From positions 1 through 58,831 of the forward strand of contig JAIXXV010000031.1 of NCBI GenBank assembly GCA_027490575.1: a stretch of DNA of 58,831 bases, written 5' to 3'. Both the position numbers and the translations under genes were made by a program. The stretch comes from a bacterium (lineage in GTDB: Bacteria; Patescibacteriota; Minisyncoccia; Phycocordibacterales; CAIZLB01). The notes under the pieces were generated by a model that worked only from the letters and a program-made list of their open reading frames with translations, did no database searches and was not told the DNA's origin. This document shows, piece by piece, positions 53,236-58,831 of this stretch (positions are counted from its first letter, which is position 1; every line of letters begins with the position of its first letter).

Positions 53236-54012
53236 ATGAATACAAGTCCTGATACCAATCCCGACGCTATGGCGGGTGAAAATGCTGGCAAAAGTGCTGG
53301 TCACTACACAAGTGGTAACACTGGTCACATTCACCCGATATCACAAGTTACGCAAGAACTCTATCGTATCTTTGCAAAGATGGGTTTTGAGGTGGCAGAG
53401 GGTCCTGAGATTGAAACAGAGTTTTACAACTTCGATGCGCTTGGTGTTGCAAAAGATCATTCGTCGAGAGATATGCAAGACACATTTTGGCTAAAAGAAA
53501 CTGGTCCAGAAGGCGAGAGGCTTTTACCTCGTACTCATACATCTAGTGTGCAAGTTAGGTTTGCTCAAAAAAATAAACCGCCTTTCAAGATCATTGCCCC
53601 TGGAAAAGTTTTTAGAAATGAGACTACGGATGCGACACATGAAGCTGAGTTTTATCAGATAGAGGGTATGATGGTGGCAAAGAAAGTCACAATGGTTGAT
53701 TTAAAGGAAACTTTAAAAACATTTGCTTTGGAGTTTTTCGGACCTGATAGCGATATCCGTTTTAGACCAAGTTATTTTCCATTCGTGGAGCCTGGTATAG
53801 AAGTCGACGTGAAGTTTAAGGGTAATTGGCTTGAGGTACTTGGTGCAGGACTTACTCATCCAGAAGTTTTGAAAGCCAGCGGACTTGATCCAGAAGAATG
53901 GCAAGGTTTTGCATTTGGTATGGGTCTAGATAGACTGGTTATGCTTAAGTATGGCATACCAGATATCAGACATCTATACTCAGGGGACTTGAGGGTTATA
54001 AATCAGTTTTAA
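53236..54012 (+). CDS. pheS: Phenylalanine-tRNA ligase alpha subunit (short, catalytic core only)
   Basis: Class II motifs: HPISQV..., motif 2 FRNETTDATHEAEFYQIEG, FRPSYFPFVEPG, motif 3 GFAFGMGLDRL. TGcTATAAT 9 nt upstream of the ATG. Confidence 0.92.
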   Translation: MNTSPDTNPDAMAGENAGKSAGHYTSGNTGHIHPISQVTQELYRIFAKMGFEVAEGPEIETEFYNFDALGVAKDHSSRDMQDTFWLKETGPEGERLLPRTHTSSVQVRFAQKNKPPFKIIAPGKVFRNETTDATHEAEFYQIEGMMVAKKVTMVDLKETLKTFALEFFGPDSDIRFRPSYFPFVEPGIEVDVKFKGNWLEVLGAGLTHPEVLKASGLDPEEWQGFAFGMGLDRLVMLKYGIPDIRHLYSGDLRVINQF

Positions 54013-54023
54013 TTTAGAATACT

Positions 54024-56162
54024 ATGCTTATCTCATACAACTGGCTAAAAACATATCTTAAAGAAGACTTACCTGCACCTGCTGATCTTGCGGATGTATT
54101 GACTTTGGGTATCTTTGAGATAGAGGGACTTGATACTCATACTGATATGCATGATGGTGTTGAGACTACAGATGCAGTGCTTGATGTAAAAGTTTTGCCT
54201 GATAGAGCGCCTTACTGTCTGTCACATAGATATGTTGCTCAAGAAGTTTCAGCGCTACTTGGTATGGATTTCGTATTGCCATCTATAGAAGACTTCGAGA
54301 CAACTGATGCTGTTGACCTTGCTCGAAACCTGAAAGTAACTCTTAACCAAGAAGTACTTGATGCAAAAGCTTGCAAGAGATATGTTGGAAGATATCTTGA
54401 AAATGTGAAAGTTGGAGACTCGCCGACATGGCTCAAAAAACAACTTGAGTTACTTGGACAGAGATCTATAAACTCTATAGTTGACCTTACAAACTATGTC
54501 ATGTTGGAGTGTGGCCAACCTCTACATGCATTTGATGCTGACTTGGTGGAAGGTGATATACAAGTTAGATTCGCAAGAGAAGGCGAGTCAATCACGCTAC
54601 TCGATGGCAAGGTCGTTGCGCTCAATCCAAAGATAATGGTTATTGCTGATGATGTTGGTCTGCTTGCTATAGCTGGTATAAAAGGTGGTAAGAAAGCCGA
54701 GGTTACAGGGGATACAAAAAACATTATCCTAGAATCAGCATGCTTTAAGTCATCACTCATAAGACATACTTCTCAAGCTGTAGGTATAAAGAACGACTCA
54801 TCAAAGAGATTTGAAAATGCTGTCACTTCTGAGAGAGCAGGACTTGGTATGGCAATGCTCACATCATGGATTGCAAAGTTGCATAAGGATATCGATGACG
54901 GTGATGCTCTAAAGATTTCAGATGCGGTAGATGTGCATCCATATCCTGACACTGACAAGGTGATCATTTCTCATATAAGCAAGATCAATGAAAGACTAGG
55001 GCTAGATATACCAAAAGATACTGTTACCAAAATACTAACATCATGTGGACTTGGTGTTGTATATGATAGCGAACACGAAGACAGGATAATGGTAACAGTG
55101 CCAGTGTACAGATCTGATATAAATATAACTGAAGATCTTGTGGATGAAGTCGGGCGTATATACGGATATGACAAGCTTGATGAAAATGTTTCTGATGATG
55201 AAGCTGGCAGGGAAGGGGATGCTGGAGAAAACGGAGAGGCGAGCGTAAAAAATGGTGAACATGGCGGAAAAATCTCAAGCCTGCCTAAAAACAAAAACTT
55301 CTATTATCACAATCTTATCAGGTCTAATTTGCGAGATGCTGGTTTTTCAGAAAGTTATACTTACACACTTGTTGAAAAAGGTTTAAGTCCACTACAAAAC
55401 CCCTTGACTGTAGAGCGTGCATATTTGCGAGATAGCATAAGTGAAATGCTTTCGAAAAAAGTTTTGCCAAATGTTAGAAACCTAGACTTGCTCGGTTTGA
55501 AAAAAGTTCAGATGTTTGAGATAGGTAAAGTTTTCGGTAAGTCTGCTACTGGCGAAAGTGTGACGCAAGATGTCATGCAAAGAGAAAGATATTCATTGGC
55601 ACTAGCTTTGGCGTATACAAAAAAACCAAAAAATACTGATCTAAAAGAGGAGCTGAAAAATACACTGGACGGTGTTTTGGAAAGTATGGGTACAAAGGCT
55701 ACTTATGAATCGAAGTTTACCGAGGTTGTTGGAGATGCTCAGACTCCGTGCGTAGGTATGATATTGGAGGTAGACCTAGATCCACTTGTTGATGTACAAC
55801 AAGATGAGGTCAGTGGACTAGATGTAGAAGAGTTTAAAGATGTTACTTTCAAGGCGGTATCTACATACCCATTTTCAGTTAGAGATATAGCAGTTTTCGT
55901 ACCAGGTGAAAACTTGCCAGCGGATGAAGTTCTGGGTGTTATAAAACTATCGCTAAGTAAAGAGCAAAGAAGTCTACTGGTCACAAGTACTTTGTTTGAT
56001 GTATTCACAAAGAGGGTAGAGGGCGAACCTGTAAGAACGTCATATGCATATAGACTAGTCTTCCAAGCGGGAGATAGGACTTTGACAGAGCTGGAGGTAG
56101 TGTCAGCTATGCAAAGTATTTCGGACGGTATTGCTAAGCAGGTTGGATGGGAAATACGTTAA
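54024..56162 (+). CDS. pheT: Phenylalanine-tRNA ligase beta subunit
   Basis: MLISYNWLKTYL N-terminus, B3/4 block (NYVMLECGQPLHAFD), B5 and FDX-ACB-like C-terminus. Lies 11 nt after pheS. Confidence 0.88.
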   Translation: MLISYNWLKTYLKEDLPAPADLADVLTLGIFEIEGLDTHTDMHDGVETTDAVLDVKVLPDRAPYCLSHRYVAQEVSALLGMDFVLPSIEDFETTDAVDLARNLKVTLNQEVLDAKACKRYVGRYLENVKVGDSPTWLKKQLELLGQRSINSIVDLTNYVMLECGQPLHAFDADLVEGDIQVRFAREGESITLLDGKVVALNPKIMVIADDVGLLAIAGIKGGKKAEVTGDTKNIILESACFKSSLIRHTSQAVGIKNDSSKRFENAVTSERAGLGMAMLTSWIAKLHKDIDDGDALKISDAVDVHPYPDTDKVIISHISKINERLGLDIPKDTVTKILTSCGLGVVYDSEHEDRIMVTVPVYRSDINITEDLVDEVGRIYGYDKLDENVSDDEAGREGDAGENGEASVKNGEHGGKISSLPKNKNFYYHNLIRSNLRDAGFSESYTYTLVEKGLSPLQNPLTVERAYLRDSISEMLSKKVLPNVRNLDLLGLKKVQMFEIGKVFGKSATGESVTQDVMQRERYSLALALAYTKKPKNTDLKEELKNTLDGVLESMGTKATYESKFTEVVGDAQTPCVGMILEVDLDPLVDVQQDEVSGLDVEEFKDVTFKAVSTYPFSVRDIAVFVPGENLPADEVLGVIKLSLSKEQRSLLVTSTLFDVFTKRVEGEPVRTSYAYRLVFQAGDRTLTELEVVSAMQSISDGIAKQVGWEIR

Positions 56163-56185
56163 TTTATAAAATTAATCAAAAACTT

Positions 56186-56524
56186 ATGAATCAAAACAAA
56201 ACAAAAGGTAAAGTGAGCGCGAAGACTGTGAAAATACAACCACTTAGTGACAGGGTTTTGATAAGGCCTCTAAGTAAAAATGATTCTGAAAATAAAAGTG
56301 CGTCAGGGATAATTATCCCAGTGAACTCATCTAGGGAAGTTCCTGATCAAGGTATCGTGATAGCAGTCGGTCCCGGTAGATATGATGATGGAAAGCTTGT
56401 ACCGATGTCTGTGAAGGTTGGTGATAAAGTCATATTTACAAAATATGGTCACGAAGAAGTCACTGTTGATGGAGAAGAACTTTTTATATTTAGTGAGAAT
56501 TCAATAATGGCAGTTATTAATTAA
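56186..56524 (+). CDS. groES: Co-chaperonin GroES
   Basis: IQPLSDRVLIRP...ASGIIIP...GIVIAVGPGR...GDKVIFTKYG. The start is moved to the internal Met. Confidence 0.92.
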   Translation: MNQNKTKGKVSAKTVKIQPLSDRVLIRPLSKNDSENKSASGIIIPVNSSREVPDQGIVIAVGPGRYDDGKLVPMSVKVGDKVIFTKYGHEEVTVDGEELFIFSENSIMAVIN

Positions 56525-58201
<1,677 letters not shown>

Positions 58202-58230
58202 TGATTGTGTGGGGGGTTTAGTGGATGAGA

Positions 58231-58262
58231 AAAACTCGTATCGTTATGTGCGAGTTTTTTTG
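58231..58262 (+). terminator. Intrinsic terminator after groEL
   Basis: Stem aaaactcg/cgagtttt followed by a T-run. Confidence 0.75.
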
Positions 58263-58282
58263 CTATGAAAAATTTGGATAAA

Positions 58283-58318
58283 AAAGTCCCCGCACGAGCT
58301 GTGTGGCCGGTGCGGGGG
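58283..58318 (-). terminator. Intrinsic terminator of the 126-aa gene
   Basis: 8-bp GC stem ccccgcac/gtgcgggg followed by ACTTTTTTAT on the minus strand. Confidence 0.75.
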
Positions 58319-58341
58319 GTGTACGAACACAATGGAGTAAA

Positions 58342-58722
58342 TCAGCAAACTACTTTTTTTGCATCGCTGATACTCATACGCATCAAGGATTTGATAAACT
58401 TTTTTGTGTCAGGAGGAAGGGGTAAACCTTGCTCGTCACGAGGTTCACTACCTCTGTACTCAACTTCGAGTATTGTTTTGCCGTTGCACATGATCTTTGC
58501 ACCAATTTTACTGACGGTATGCTGACCCGGTCTAAACATGAATGCGAAATCGAAACCATCACACTTCTTTAGAAGAAGTAGATTTTTTGCCAGACCTTCT
58601 TCATCAATCCTTGTGACATCTGTGCAATGTCCAATCACGAATATAGTACCTCCATGGTGGAAGCTACATTGAATTGTTGCTAATCCGCTTGTAGACCCAT
58701 TGATTATACTGGTAAGTGACAT
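58342..58722 (-). CDS. Hypothetical protein (GC-richer cassette), 126 aa
   Basis: Canonical GGAGGA 6 nt upstream of the ATG, a TGA stop and its own GC-rich terminator. No family recognised. Confidence 0.45.
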   Translation of the reverse strand: MSLTSIINGSTSGLATIQCSFHHGGTIFVIGHCTDVTRIDEEGLAKNLLLLKKCDGFDFAFMFRPGQHTVSKIGAKIMCNGKTILEVEYRGSEPRDEQGLPLPPDTKKFIKSLMRMSISDAKKVVC

Positions 58723-58831
58723 AACAATTCCTCCAATTTTCTATGTTGATTTTCAATGTGAATCTCACAAGGCCTAGAAGGCCAGGTAAGACAGAACTGT
58801 GTTCCTGAGCAATACTATACTAGTATTTTTA

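Overview
58.8-kb low-GC bacterial fragment with dense but non-syntenic housekeeping genes: RNase J, SecG, Obg, GatB, GAPDH, RpiB, Rpe, MurJ, MscL, split transketolase, L25, L31, RF1, S2, EF-Ts, PheST, GroES/EL, tRNA-Thr and RNase P RNA. These are mixed with many secreted or cell-surface genes: a Cys-rich type IV pilin, a 1427-aa tail-fibre-like repeat protein, a peptidoglycan-binding/IPT protein, a processive GT2, and a DsbA/DsbB pair. The gene content and style fit a small-genome Patescibacteria/CPR-like organism; this is an inference, since no rRNA is present. No transposase, integrase, CRISPR array or prophage block is visible.

Observations beyond ordinary annotation:
- An AT-rich island (about 23.1-26.8 kb) encodes an orphan multi-TM histidine kinase that overlaps a 698-aa protein. 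That protein carries both class-II (DLDDTS) and class-I (two DDxxD) isoprenoid-enzyme motifs and is preceded by a 29-codon Trp-containing ORF. The arrangement resembles a ComQXP-type prenyl-peptide signalling or RiPP module.
- A dispersed family of 7-nt-period tandem arrays, (CAGNTAR)n and (TAATTNN)n, sits at gene 3' ends. The arrays supply the stop codon and close all three frames.
- Native genes have a leaderless-type architecture (TGnTATAAT, then 6-9 nt, then ATG, no Shine-Dalgarno) and end only in TAA or TAG.
- A set of GC-richer minus-strand cassettes instead carry canonical SD sites, GC-rich hairpin terminators and sometimes TGA stops.
- A roughly 160-nt rod-like candidate sRNA has its own promoter and terminator.

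All protein calls rest on motif recognition by eye. No database search was possible.
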